A stretch of 64,000 nucleotides of DNA from Acidimicrobiia bacterium (GTDB taxonomy: Bacteria; Actinomycetota; Acidimicrobiia; Acidimicrobiales; SHLQ01): the NCBI GenBank assembly GCA_033344795.1, contig JAWPMS010000001.1, forward strand, positions 2,054,992 through 2,118,991, written 5' to 3'. Both the position numbers and the translations under genes were made by a program. Within the stretch, counting starts at the first letter, position 1, and the number at the start of each line of letters is the position of its first letter. Shown piece after piece: positions 18,769 to 27,534 of the stretch. Under the pieces are notes generated by a model. That model searched no databases. It had not been told where the DNA came from and was given only the letters and a program-made list of their open reading frames with translations.

Positions 18769-18931
18769 TTTGCCGGAAAGTGCGGCGTACGTCAAGCCGA
18801 ATCGAATCGTCACCCGCACGGGCGGTTCGTTTCTTGTCCGTCCCGAGCTGCTCACGCTCGCCCCGAGGGGGTCTACACTCGCAGTCGTTGAAGTTTGATC
18901 AGATCTAGAACAACCCGAAAGCGAGTCCTCC

Positions 18932-20479
18932 ATGGTGTTCACCTCGAATCTCCCTGATGTCGAGATCCCCACCGGGATTTCAATCACAGATTTCACCCTG
19001 CGCATGGCCGATGAGCTCGGTGACAAGCCAGCAATCATCGACGGACCTTCGGGGCGGACCCAGAGCTACGCCGAGCTCAAGAGCGGCATTCAGCTACTCG
19101 CCGGAGGTCTCGCAGCGCGAGGCTTCGGCCCAGGACACACGCTCGGGCTGATGGCCCCCAACATTCCTGAGTACGCATCGTTCTTTCATGGCGCGGCCTA
19201 CGCCGGTGGAACGGTCACCACGATCAACCCGACGTACACGGCAGGCGAAGTGCAGCATCAGCTGCATGACTCCGGAGCGTCCATTCTTGTAACCATCTCG
19301 ATGTTCCTCGACGTTGCGCGAGAAGCCGCGGTAGGCACAAAAGTCGAGGAGATCTTCACGATCGACCCGGTCGAAGGCGTTCTCTCGATGTTCGACCTGC
19401 TCTCGAGCCCGCCGCTGACCGAACAGGTTCCGGTTGACACTGACTCGACTCCGGTCGTCCTTCCCTACTCCTCCGGAACGACGGGTCGCAGCAAGGGTGT
19501 TGTCTTGTCGCACGACAACCTGACGGCCAACATCGAGCAGTGCAAACACATGCTCAGCTACGAATCTGACGACGTGGCCCTTGCGATCTTGCCGTTCTTT
19601 CACATCTACGGCATGCAGGTTTTGATGAACGGACTGCTGGCAAACGGCGTCACCATCGTGACGATGCCTCGCTTCGATCTCGAAGAGGCGCTGACCATCG
19701 TGCAAGAGCACAAGGTCTCGTGGTTCTTCGCCGTTCCTCCGATTGTTCTCGCGCTCGCCAAGCACCCACTTGTGGATCAATACGACATGTCGTCGATCAA
19801 GGTGATCTTCTCCGGAGCGGCGCCGTTGTCCGGTGAACTGGGTGAGGAGGCCGCAACACGTCTCGGCTGCGATGTCATTCAGGGGTATGGCATGACCGAG
19901 CTTTCGCCGGTGTCGCACGCGACGATTCCCGGTGAGGGAAAGGCCGGCTCCTCGGGCATCACCGTTTCGAACACCGAGTGCCGAATCGTGGACCCCGAAG
20001 GGAACGATCTGTCGGTTGATGAGGATGGTGAGTTGTGGATTCGCGGCCCGCAGGTCATGAAGGGTTACCTCAACAACCAGCAAGCCACCGATGACACCAT
20101 CGACGCCGACGGGTGGCTGCACACCGGTGACGTCGCGCACTTCGATGAGGACGGCTTCATATACATCGTCGATCGCATCAAGGAGCTCATCAAGTACAAG
20201 GGATTCCAAGTTCCCCCTGCGGAGCTCGAGGGCCTGCTCTTGACGCACCCCGCCGTGGCCGATGCAGCGGTGATTGGCATTCCCGATGACGAAGCCGGCG
20301 AGATCCCCAAGGCCTTCATCACGCTGAAGCCTGGCGCCGAGGCCACGGCTGAAGAGATCCAAGAGTTCGTGGCATCGGACGTCGCGTCCTACAAGCAAGT
20401 ACGTCTGCTCGAGTTCATCGATGCGATCCCCAAGTCGGCTTCGGGCAAAATTCTTCGCCGAGAACTACGCGACCGATGA
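18932..20479 (+). CDS. AMP-dependent acyl-CoA synthetase/ligase (4-coumarate-CoA ligase / FadD-like)
   Basis: 515 aa. AMP-binding motif LPYSSGTTGRSKGVVLSH, GYGMTE, WLHTGD and the C-terminal SASGKILRR lysine motif are present. Confidence 0.9.
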   Translation: MVFTSNLPDVEIPTGISITDFTLRMADELGDKPAIIDGPSGRTQSYAELKSGIQLLAGGLAARGFGPGHTLGLMAPNIPEYASFFHGAAYAGGTVTTINPTYTAGEVQHQLHDSGASILVTISMFLDVAREAAVGTKVEEIFTIDPVEGVLSMFDLLSSPPLTEQVPVDTDSTPVVLPYSSGTTGRSKGVVLSHDNLTANIEQCKHMLSYESDDVALAILPFFHIYGMQVLMNGLLANGVTIVTMPRFDLEEALTIVQEHKVSWFFAVPPIVLALAKHPLVDQYDMSSIKVIFSGAAPLSGELGEEAATRLGCDVIQGYGMTELSPVSHATIPGEGKAGSSGITVSNTECRIVDPEGNDLSVDEDGELWIRGPQVMKGYLNNQQATDDTIDADGWLHTGDVAHFDEDGFIYIVDRIKELIKYKGFQVPPAELEGLLLTHPAVADAAVIGIPDDEAGEIPKAFITLKPGAEATAEEIQEFVASDVASYKQVRLLEFIDAIPKSASGKILRRELRDR

Positions 20480-20501
20480 CCGCAGCCTTGCGTCCTACGC
20501 A

Positions 20502-22187
20502 ATGACCACGGAGACGCCGTCAACCGAAGCGGTCGAGTTGCTCCGCGCCGAACTCGGCACCATCGACCTAGGCCTCGATCTTCCCGGAAGCGAAGAGGCC
20601 AGGCGAGAGCGCACAGAACTGATCGACCAGATCGACGACTACCTCTTGCCGCGGTTACGGCGCCTCGACGCGCCACTGCTGGCGGTACTCGGTGGCTCGA
20701 CCGGCGCAGGTAAGTCGACGATCACGAACAGTCTTGTTGGCGCGGACGTCACCCCGGCTGGCGTGCTACGCCCAACAACTCGCGCCCCCGTGCTCGTCTG
20801 TCATCCCGAAGATCTCGCATGGTTCCAGGACCCGGAGGGGGTGCTGCCAGGGCTGCCTCGGTCGAGCGGCGAAACGGCAGTCGGCACGACCGGGCTCCGT
20901 GTGATCACTTCGTCTCACCTCGAGCCGGGGCTCGCGATACTTGACGCGCCCGACATCGACTCTGTCGAGGTCGCGAATCACGACCTCGCCGCACAGTTGC
21001 TCGGAGCTGCTGACCTCTGGTTGTTCGTGACCACGGCAGCCCGATATGCAGATGCCGTTCCGTGGGAATACCTGGCGTTGGCCCAGGAGCGGTCGGCGGC
21101 GCTTGCCATCGTCATCAACCGAATCCCACCCGGTTCTGAAGACGAGGTAGCCGACCACTTCGGAGCGATGCTGCTCGAGCGCGGCCTCGGCGCCACCACC
21201 GTGTTTCGCGTGTCCGAAGGCGAGCTCATCGAGGGCCGAATCGGTGCAGAATTGGAGCCCGCTCGCGAGTGGCTCCGATCGTTGGCCGAAAACGCGGGCC
21301 AACGGCAAGAATTGGTACGTTCAACGCTCGCTGGCGCAATCTCCTCGATTCCCGACCGAGTCGAACGAGTGGCCGCCGCTCTCGACCTACAGGAAGAGCG
21401 GATCGAAGCGCTTCGCGATGTTGCGTCGCGCCGCTATGCCAGAGCGCTCGTGGACATCGATCTCGAACTCGATCGAGGGACGTTGTTGCGAGGTGAGGTG
21501 CTCGATCAATGGCGTGAGTTCGTTGGCACCGGAGCGCTCATGTCCACGCTCGAAGCCGGTGTCAGTCGAGTCCGTGACACGATCCGTAGCGTATTTCGGT
21601 CGGGCCCTACACCAGATCAACAAGCTGCGGGTCAGCTCGAATCAAACCTCGTGATCGTCACCCGTGACGCTGTCGATCGCGCTGCCATTGACGTCGTCGA
21701 GCAGTGGGATGGGCGTCCGGGAGGACAACAAGCCCTCGGCAGCGCCCCGAGAGGCATCGAGCGGGCGGGCAAGCAGCTCACCCCTCGCATCGAACATGAA
21801 CTCGCTGCGTGGGAGGAGTACGTCCTCGACCTCGTCCGCGAGGAGTCTGGCGACAAGATCACGTTGGCGCGCACGCTCTCGACCGGCATCAATGGTGTCG
21901 GAGTGGCCCTGATGATCGCGGTGTTCAGTCAGACGGGTGGGATCACCGGGGGAGAAGCGGCAGTCGCCACTGGAACCGCTGCCGTATCGCAGGCGGTGTT
22001 GACCGCCGTGTTTGGTGAGCAGGCGGTGCGAGACCTCGCCCGCAACGCTCGCGCCGACTTGATCTCACGCCTCGAACGGCTGCTTCACGAAGATCTCGAA
22101 CGATTTGAAGCGTTGCTCGGGGACGCGAGTGCATCGGGCGACGCCCTTCGAGGTCGCGCGGACGACCTCCGCCGGGCGATCGGATAG
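20502..22187 (+). CDS. dynamin-like / YfjP-type GTPase family protein (partner 1)
   Basis: The P-loop GGSTGAGKST is followed by DAPDID (G3-like). A long helical C-terminal region carries a glycine/alanine-rich hydrophobic patch. The start was moved to ATG 20502, after the ligase stop. Confidence 0.75.
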   Translation: MTTETPSTEAVELLRAELGTIDLGLDLPGSEEARRERTELIDQIDDYLLPRLRRLDAPLLAVLGGSTGAGKSTITNSLVGADVTPAGVLRPTTRAPVLVCHPEDLAWFQDPEGVLPGLPRSSGETAVGTTGLRVITSSHLEPGLAILDAPDIDSVEVANHDLAAQLLGAADLWLFVTTAARYADAVPWEYLALAQERSAALAIVINRIPPGSEDEVADHFGAMLLERGLGATTVFRVSEGELIEGRIGAELEPAREWLRSLAENAGQRQELVRSTLAGAISSIPDRVERVAAALDLQEERIEALRDVASRRYARALVDIDLELDRGTLLRGEVLDQWREFVGTGALMSTLEAGVSRVRDTIRSVFRSGPTPDQQAAGQLESNLVIVTRDAVDRAAIDVVEQWDGRPGGQQALGSAPRGIERAGKQLTPRIEHELAAWEEYVLDLVREESGDKITLARTLSTGINGVGVALMIAVFSQTGGITGGEAAVATGTAAVSQAVLTAVFGEQAVRDLARNARADLISRLERLLHEDLERFEALLGDASASGDALRGRADDLRRAIG

Positions 22188-22190
22188 TCC

Positions 22191-23744
22191 GTGGACGCTG
22201 CCGTCAACTCGGAGTTGATCAACCGGCTCGAGGCTTTGGACGAGGCTCGCGAGATAGCGGCCAGGTACTTCGATGAAGAAACGGTCTCGGATCTGGACCA
22301 GGTCCGAGCGAAGGTTCGAGCGCGCCTTCGGCACGGCACGGAGCACACGGTTGTCGCAATCGCCGGCGCGACGGGTTCTGGCAAGTCGAGCATCGTGAAT
22401 CGACTCGCGGACGCGCAGCTCAGCGAAGCCTCGGTTCGAAGACCGACGACATCCTCGACCCACGCGGTCGTGTGGGGCGATCAGGACGCTGGGCCGCTCC
22501 TCGACTGGCTCGAGGTGTCGCGACGTCATCGGGTGTCGGACGGCGATGAGGATCTTGCGGGCCTGGTCCTCCTCGACCTGCCCGACCACGACTCGACCGC
22601 AGTAGAGCACCGAATCGAGGTCGACCGGCTGGTCGAACTCGTCGACATTTTGGTCTGGGTGACAGACCCGCAGAAGTATGCCGATGCGGCACTTCATCTC
22701 GGGTACATCCAGCCGCTCGCCAATCATGCCGGGATGCTCCGCTTCGCGCTCAACCAGGTCGATCGACTCGACGACGGGGGAGCGAAGATCTCGGCGGACT
22801 TCGCCAGGCTCTTGCGCGAAGACGGCATCGAGAACGCCTCGGTCCTGTCGATCTCGGCGGCTACGGGTCAAGGGTTCGATGACCTCCGTGCCGTGCTTCG
22901 TGATGCGGTCGAGGCCCGTACGGCCTCGTTGGTTCATGCGCATGCTGATCTGGTCGACGCCAGCAGTCTTTTGGCTACCACCGGCTCGCTCAACGACTCG
23001 AAGAAGTCTGTCGGTGATCTGGTCGAAGGACTGTCGGAGGCTGCTGGTTCGGTGGATGCTGCGACGGTCGCCGAACGGCACCACCGTCGCCAAGGAAGTT
23101 TGGCGATGGGATGGCCGTTCACGAGGTTCCTCCGTCGCCTTGCTCGCAAGCCGCTCGCGGATTTGCCAGGGCCGGGTCGATCGAGTGCTGCGGCTCCGCG
23201 AGCTGACGTAGCGCTTCGTGACTTTGCCGAGCAGGTTGCTGGTGACTCGACAGCGCCGTGGCCGAACGCGCTTCGGTCAGCGGTCGGCGCTCAACGTGAT
23301 GAGTTGCTCGATGACCTTCGCCGTGTCGTTGGACGCGAGACGGTAAAGGCCGGGGAGCGACCCCGTTGGTGGACGGCGGTGGCGTGGCTTCAGCGCCTTT
23401 TCGCAATTACAGCGATCGTTGGACTCGGTTGGTTGCTCGTCGTTGCGATTCTCGGCGGATTCTTCCAAATCGCCACCGACCCGCTGCTCCCCCCGACGCC
23501 CGAGGCCGAATGGATGCCACTGCCCTCGGCACTTCTGCTTGGCGGTGTCGTCGCTGGACTGATTGTGGGGTTGCTTGTCCGTTTGCCGTTGTCGGTCGGT
23601 GCGCGACGTCGAGGTCGGCGCGCTCGAAAGGCCATCGAACGCCAGGTGCAAGAACATGCAGAGACGCGGGTCATCGCTCCCGTCACGGCAGTTGTTGAAG
23701 ACCACGCCACGCTCGACTCGCTGCGACGCAAGGCTGCCGGCTGA
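22191..23744 (+). CDS. dynamin-like / YfjP-type GTPase family protein with two C-terminal TM helices (partner 2)
   Basis: GTG start 3 nt after the partner-1 stop. P-loop AGATGSGKSS, DLPDHD and NQVD (G4-like) are present. The hydrophobic segments are WWTAVAWLQRLFAITAIVGLGWLLVVAILGGFF and LPSALLLGGVVAGLIVGLLV. Confidence 0.75.
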   Translation: MDAAVNSELINRLEALDEAREIAARYFDEETVSDLDQVRAKVRARLRHGTEHTVVAIAGATGSGKSSIVNRLADAQLSEASVRRPTTSSTHAVVWGDQDAGPLLDWLEVSRRHRVSDGDEDLAGLVLLDLPDHDSTAVEHRIEVDRLVELVDILVWVTDPQKYADAALHLGYIQPLANHAGMLRFALNQVDRLDDGGAKISADFARLLREDGIENASVLSISAATGQGFDDLRAVLRDAVEARTASLVHAHADLVDASSLLATTGSLNDSKKSVGDLVEGLSEAAGSVDAATVAERHHRRQGSLAMGWPFTRFLRRLARKPLADLPGPGRSSAAAPRADVALRDFAEQVAGDSTAPWPNALRSAVGAQRDELLDDLRRVVGRETVKAGERPRWWTAVAWLQRLFAITAIVGLGWLLVVAILGGFFQIATDPLLPPTPEAEWMPLPSALLLGGVVAGLIVGLLVRLPLSVGARRRGRRARKAIERQVQEHAETRVIAPVTAVVEDHATLDSLRRKAAG

Positions 23745-23752
23745 AGAAGCGT

Positions 23753-24478
23753 CTACGAACGCGCGAGCGAGTCTTCGATCTTGGGGAAGATCACATCGGT
23801 CATGTAGCCGTAGCCCTTGGAACTCGGGTGGAACTTGTCTGCGGCGAGACCATCGCGAGAGGGCCAATCCCATGGCCAGAACAAGTGCAACGACCGCTCC
23901 TTGGCGTTGGCTTCGATCAAGCCGTTGATGCGACGTGCGAGCACGCTGTTGAAGGCGGATGACACACCGACCCGCGCGACGACAGAGCCATCAGGGATCG
24001 TGTCGAGGATCGTGCGAACATCCCGAAGTGTTCGCGGCCAGCTACCTGGTGCCATGAGGTTGTTGGCGCCAGCGAGGTGGGTGACCAGAGACGGTTCATG
24101 ACCTGCGGCGCGAAGCTCGGCCAATCGAGGGAGCTGGTGTTCGACAATGTCACTGAATTGCGCGCCTGTGATTCCCAGGTTGATGACGCGCCACGGATCT
24201 CCGGTGGAGCCCCGGAGGCGTTCGAGACTGCGCGGAATCCAGCTATCGCTGGGATCGGGGGTCCCAATACCTTGCGACGTGGAGTCGCCGAGAGCGATCC
24301 AGAGCGGCCCGTCGGACTGCACCGCGTCAACATTCCATCGATCCCAGAACTCGGCATGGGGTTCTCGCTGCAGTTCAATCTCGGACACCGCTGAGGATGC
24401 TATGGACATCACCCGACTGAGGGGGCCGGTCGTGCGCCGGGGCATCGGTGCAAACTCCATCGCCTGAGTGTCGCCCAA
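23753..24478 (-). CDS. SGNH/GDSL hydrolase family protein
   Basis: Block I is IALGDSTSQG (catalytic Ser), with a later GxND-like GANN and a C-terminal D..H region. The start could be one of several downstream ATGs. Confidence 0.75.
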   Translation of the reverse strand: MGDTQAMEFAPMPRRTTGPLSRVMSIASSAVSEIELQREPHAEFWDRWNVDAVQSDGPLWIALGDSTSQGIGTPDPSDSWIPRSLERLRGSTGDPWRVINLGITGAQFSDIVEHQLPRLAELRAAGHEPSLVTHLAGANNLMAPGSWPRTLRDVRTILDTIPDGSVVARVGVSSAFNSVLARRINGLIEANAKERSLHLFWPWDWPSRDGLAADKFHPSSKGYGYMTDVIFPKIEDSLARS

Positions 24479-24555
24479 ATCGTTCTTCGATCCAACGTGA
24501 TTCGCGTGTCGATCGAAACCGGACCCGATGTGGGCGACGAACTACCGTAACGGCC

Positions 24556-25392
24556 ATGAGAGCACGCAGTATGTTGTTCGGTCCCGCCCAACGCGTCGAC
24601 TTCGTCGCAAAGTTCGTCGCCAGCGGTGCCGATATCGGCGTCCTGGACCTCGAGGATGCGACGCCTGAGGCAATGAAGGCCGACGCCCGAGCCGCGATCG
24701 CGGCGGCGAGGCCAGGCCAAGCCGATCGAGGTTCGATGCGCCTTTTCGTACGAACGAATTCGCTGGGCTCGCCACACTTCGCAGATGATCTCGCGGCTGC
24801 CGCTGAAGCGATCGTCGACGGGATCGTCGTACCCAAACTCGAGACGGATCGCGAAGTGGGCGACGTCCGTCGCGAGATGGTGTCGATTGGGCTGGCGGAC
24901 GCGCAGCTTTGTGCCGGGATCGAATCGGTGGCCGGCGTGCATCGAGCGATAGAGGTCGCTGGCGCTGGAGCAGACATGGTGTACTTCGGAGCCGAGGACT
25001 TCATCACCGATATCGGTGGCGTTCGTACGCCGGGCAATACGGAGGTGCTGTACGCCCGCTCGCGCGTCGCCATCGCGGCCCGGATGTCGGGAATTCCGGC
25101 ACTCGATCAGGTCGTTGTCGACTTTGGCGACCACGCCCGATTCCGAGAAGAGGCAAACATGGCGAGATCGCTGGGATATCAGGGAAAACTCTGCATTCAC
25201 CCCAGCCAGGTCCCCTTGGCCACGGACGCCTTCTCGCCGTCGGAAAGTGAACTGGAGCGTGCCCGAGCGCTGCTGCAGGCGGCGGCCGACGCTGAATCCA
25301 GGGGGCTCGGGGTGATTTCGTTCGAGGGGGCTATGGTCGACGCTCCAATCATTCGACGCGCGCAGCAGGTCATCGATCTCGCCGACGGCTGA
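24556..25392 (+). CDS. HpcH/HpaI aldolase / citrate lyase beta subunit (CitE)-like protein
   Basis: LFGPA..., VLDLEDA, VPKLE, FGAEDF and KLCIHPSQV motifs fit the CitE family. The start was moved to ATG 24556. Confidence 0.85.
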   Translation: MRARSMLFGPAQRVDFVAKFVASGADIGVLDLEDATPEAMKADARAAIAAARPGQADRGSMRLFVRTNSLGSPHFADDLAAAAEAIVDGIVVPKLETDREVGDVRREMVSIGLADAQLCAGIESVAGVHRAIEVAGAGADMVYFGAEDFITDIGGVRTPGNTEVLYARSRVAIAARMSGIPALDQVVVDFGDHARFREEANMARSLGYQGKLCIHPSQVPLATDAFSPSESELERARALLQAAADAESRGLGVISFEGAMVDAPIIRRAQQVIDLADG

Positions 25393-25475
25393 GCTCTACG
25401 CCCTGAAATCAACGAGATTTCGTCTCGATAAGGGCCATCTGGCCCCTGGGCGATTCGGCCCATTCACCGATCTGA

Positions 25476-26774
25476 TTGGTAATGGAAGAGTCGATGACCG
25501 TCGTTGTTGTCACGGAGTCGCCCGCTCCTGCGTCGTCGCAGGACGATCGCCCGCGCACTGAATTTGAACTTCGCGTCGCTCGATTCGCTCGCGCGATACT
25601 CCTCGCTCTCGGGATCGCCGTTCTGATGGCAAGTATTGCCGGCGCCGGTATTGGTGGCGAAGGAGCCCAAGCTGACCGCCTCGGAGGCGACTTCCCGGCG
25701 TTCTATGGAGCCGGAGGCATCGTGTGGTCGGGCGACATCGACACGTTGTACGACCCGGTCCGGCAGCGGACGGAGCAGACCGAACTTGGTCTCGATGGGT
25801 ACTTGGCCTTTGCGTATCCGCCGCACGTAGCAGCCGCCTATGCACCGCTCAGCACGCTCGACTTTCAGGTGGCGTACGCCGTGCACACCATGTTCATGGC
25901 AGCGGCGTTTGTTGGCGCTCTGTTGGTCTTGTCCGGACCCGTTCCGTTGATCGCACGATGGAGATGGCCGTTGATGGCCGCCGGGTTCACCTTCTACCCA
26001 TTGTTCACCGCTGTCGGCGGTGGGCAGAACGCTGCGCTGACGGTGTTCATGCTCGCCCTCGTATGGCGCGGCTTGCATGACGACCGGCCCGCGCTGGTCG
26101 GGATAGCTACTGGCCTGCTCCTGTATCGGCCGCAGTATGCGATCCCGCTGATGGGCCTGCTGCTTCTCTCTCGCCAGGGTCGCGCTCTTGCGTGGGCCGT
26201 GGCAGTCGGAGCGCTCACATGGGCTGGCACGGCTGCTGTGCTCGGGGTCAGCTGGGTCTCGACCTGGTTTGACGAGGTGGTGCCGTTCGTGGAGCGCGAC
26301 GCCGAGGTGAACGCATCGAATTCAATCTCGATTCTGGGATTTCTGCAAGCGTCTTGGGGTGCTGACGCTCGCCCGGCGATCGTCATCGGCGCCCTTGGAG
26401 CGGCGCTGGTCATCATCGCAATGATGTGGCTCTGGGCCAATCCCGAGCGATTCTCGATCGCCGATCGAATGGGTGCGCTTGCCATCGGCGTCCTGCTCAT
26501 CAGTCCTCACACGATGTTCTACGACGCGAGCCTGGTTCTGATTGCTGGCGTTGCGATGCTGCATCGCGCCGGTCAAGGTTCCCGACACGTCGATCATGCG
26601 ACGGCGTTCAAGGTGGCCGCCCTCGTGTGGGTTGGCTCCCTCCTGCACGTGTTGGGCGACGGGATCGGCGCGACGCCTCTCGCACTGGTCGTCTTCTCCT
26701 GTTTTGTTGCGTTCTTCTATCAAGTTTCGAACCACGACTCGGTTCGAGCAGACATGGAGTTGTCCGATGCGTGA
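25476..26774 (+). CDS. GT-C type polyprenol-dependent glycosyltransferase, GT87/DUF2029 family
   Basis: 432 aa and polytopic. The GGDFPAFYGAG...LYD loop motif after TM1 is typical of DUF2029. TTG 25476 or ATG 25482/25494 are possible starts. Confidence 0.75.
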   Translation: MVMEESMTVVVVTESPAPASSQDDRPRTEFELRVARFARAILLALGIAVLMASIAGAGIGGEGAQADRLGGDFPAFYGAGGIVWSGDIDTLYDPVRQRTEQTELGLDGYLAFAYPPHVAAAYAPLSTLDFQVAYAVHTMFMAAAFVGALLVLSGPVPLIARWRWPLMAAGFTFYPLFTAVGGGQNAALTVFMLALVWRGLHDDRPALVGIATGLLLYRPQYAIPLMGLLLLSRQGRALAWAVAVGALTWAGTAAVLGVSWVSTWFDEVVPFVERDAEVNASNSISILGFLQASWGADARPAIVIGALGAALVIIAMMWLWANPERFSIADRMGALAIGVLLISPHTMFYDASLVLIAGVAMLHRAGQGSRHVDHATAFKVAALVWVGSLLHVLGDGIGATPLALVVFSCFVAFFYQVSNHDSVRADMELSDA

Positions 26775-27534
26775 CCTGTCGATCATCATCCCGGCGTTCA
26801 ACGAAGCGGAACGAATTGGTGAAACCCTCGACTCGATCGCCGCGTTCTTGGTCGAACGAAATCTCGACGACGAGGTGATCGTCGTCGACGACGGATCGTC
26901 CGACGACACCATTGCCGTTGTCGAGTCGTATCGCCCAAAGTTCCGCCGGCTCGTCGTGCTCGACTCTCCACGCAATCTTGGGAAGGGCCACGCGGTCCGG
27001 AAAGGGATGTTGACGGGAACGGGTCGACAGCGTTTGTTCCTCGATGCGGACAACTCGACCGATGTACGTGAGTTCGATCGACTGATGGCCGCCGCTGCGA
27101 ACGAACCGATAGAGCCGGCCGTGGTCATCGGCTCGGTCGCGGTGAACGGATCTGTCGTGGCCATCAAACAGCCCGGCATTCGAGCCACCCTGGGTCGCAT
27201 CGGCAACCGGATCATTCAACGACTCGTTCTCCCCGGAATCGAGGACACCCAACGCGGATTCAAGGTCTTCACCGGCGAAGCGAGCGACGCCGTCTTTCGA
27301 CGATGCACCAGCAATGGGTGGGCGTTCGATGTGGAGGCACTAGCTCTGGCTCAAGGTCTGGGGTATCACATTCTTGAGGTTCCAGTGACGTGGGAGCATC
27401 GTGAGGACTCTCGCGTGAAGACCGGTGCGTACTTCACTGCGCTGCTCGACGTTGCCCGCATCAAGGTGCGAGTCCAGAAACAACTGCGTGAGTCCGGAGC
27501 GGTAGTGTCCCAGGATGCAACCGCCGCCAAGTGA
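26767..27534 (+). CDS. GT2 polyprenol-phosphate glycosyltransferase (dolichyl-phosphate glucosyl/mannosyl-transferase-like)
   Basis: MRDLSIIIPAFNEAERI...VIVVDDGSSDDT...NLGKGHAV...LDADN. ATG 26767 overlaps the GT87 stop by 8 nt (ATGCGTGA). Confidence 0.85.
   Translation: MRDLSIIIPAFNEAERIGETLDSIAAFLVERNLDDEVIVVDDGSSDDTIAVVESYRPKFRRLVVLDSPRNLGKGHAVRKGMLTGTGRQRLFLDADNSTDVREFDRLMAAAANEPIEPAVVIGSVAVNGSVVAIKQPGIRATLGRIGNRIIQRLVLPGIEDTQRGFKVFTGEASDAVFRRCTSNGWAFDVEALALAQGLGYHILEVPVTWEHREDSRVKTGAYFTALLDVARIKVRVQKQLRESGAVVSQDATAAK

Noticed and set aside
18593-18898. Track ORF 18593..18898(+), 101 aa, in the long leader, and a GGTTCG string near 18834 reminiscent of a tRNA T-arm.
   Set aside because: The ORF has no RBS and an atypical composition, and it spans the palindrome. 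No cloverleaf (acceptor/anticodon arms) can be built around the GGTTCG string, so no tRNA (including tRNA-Sec) is called.
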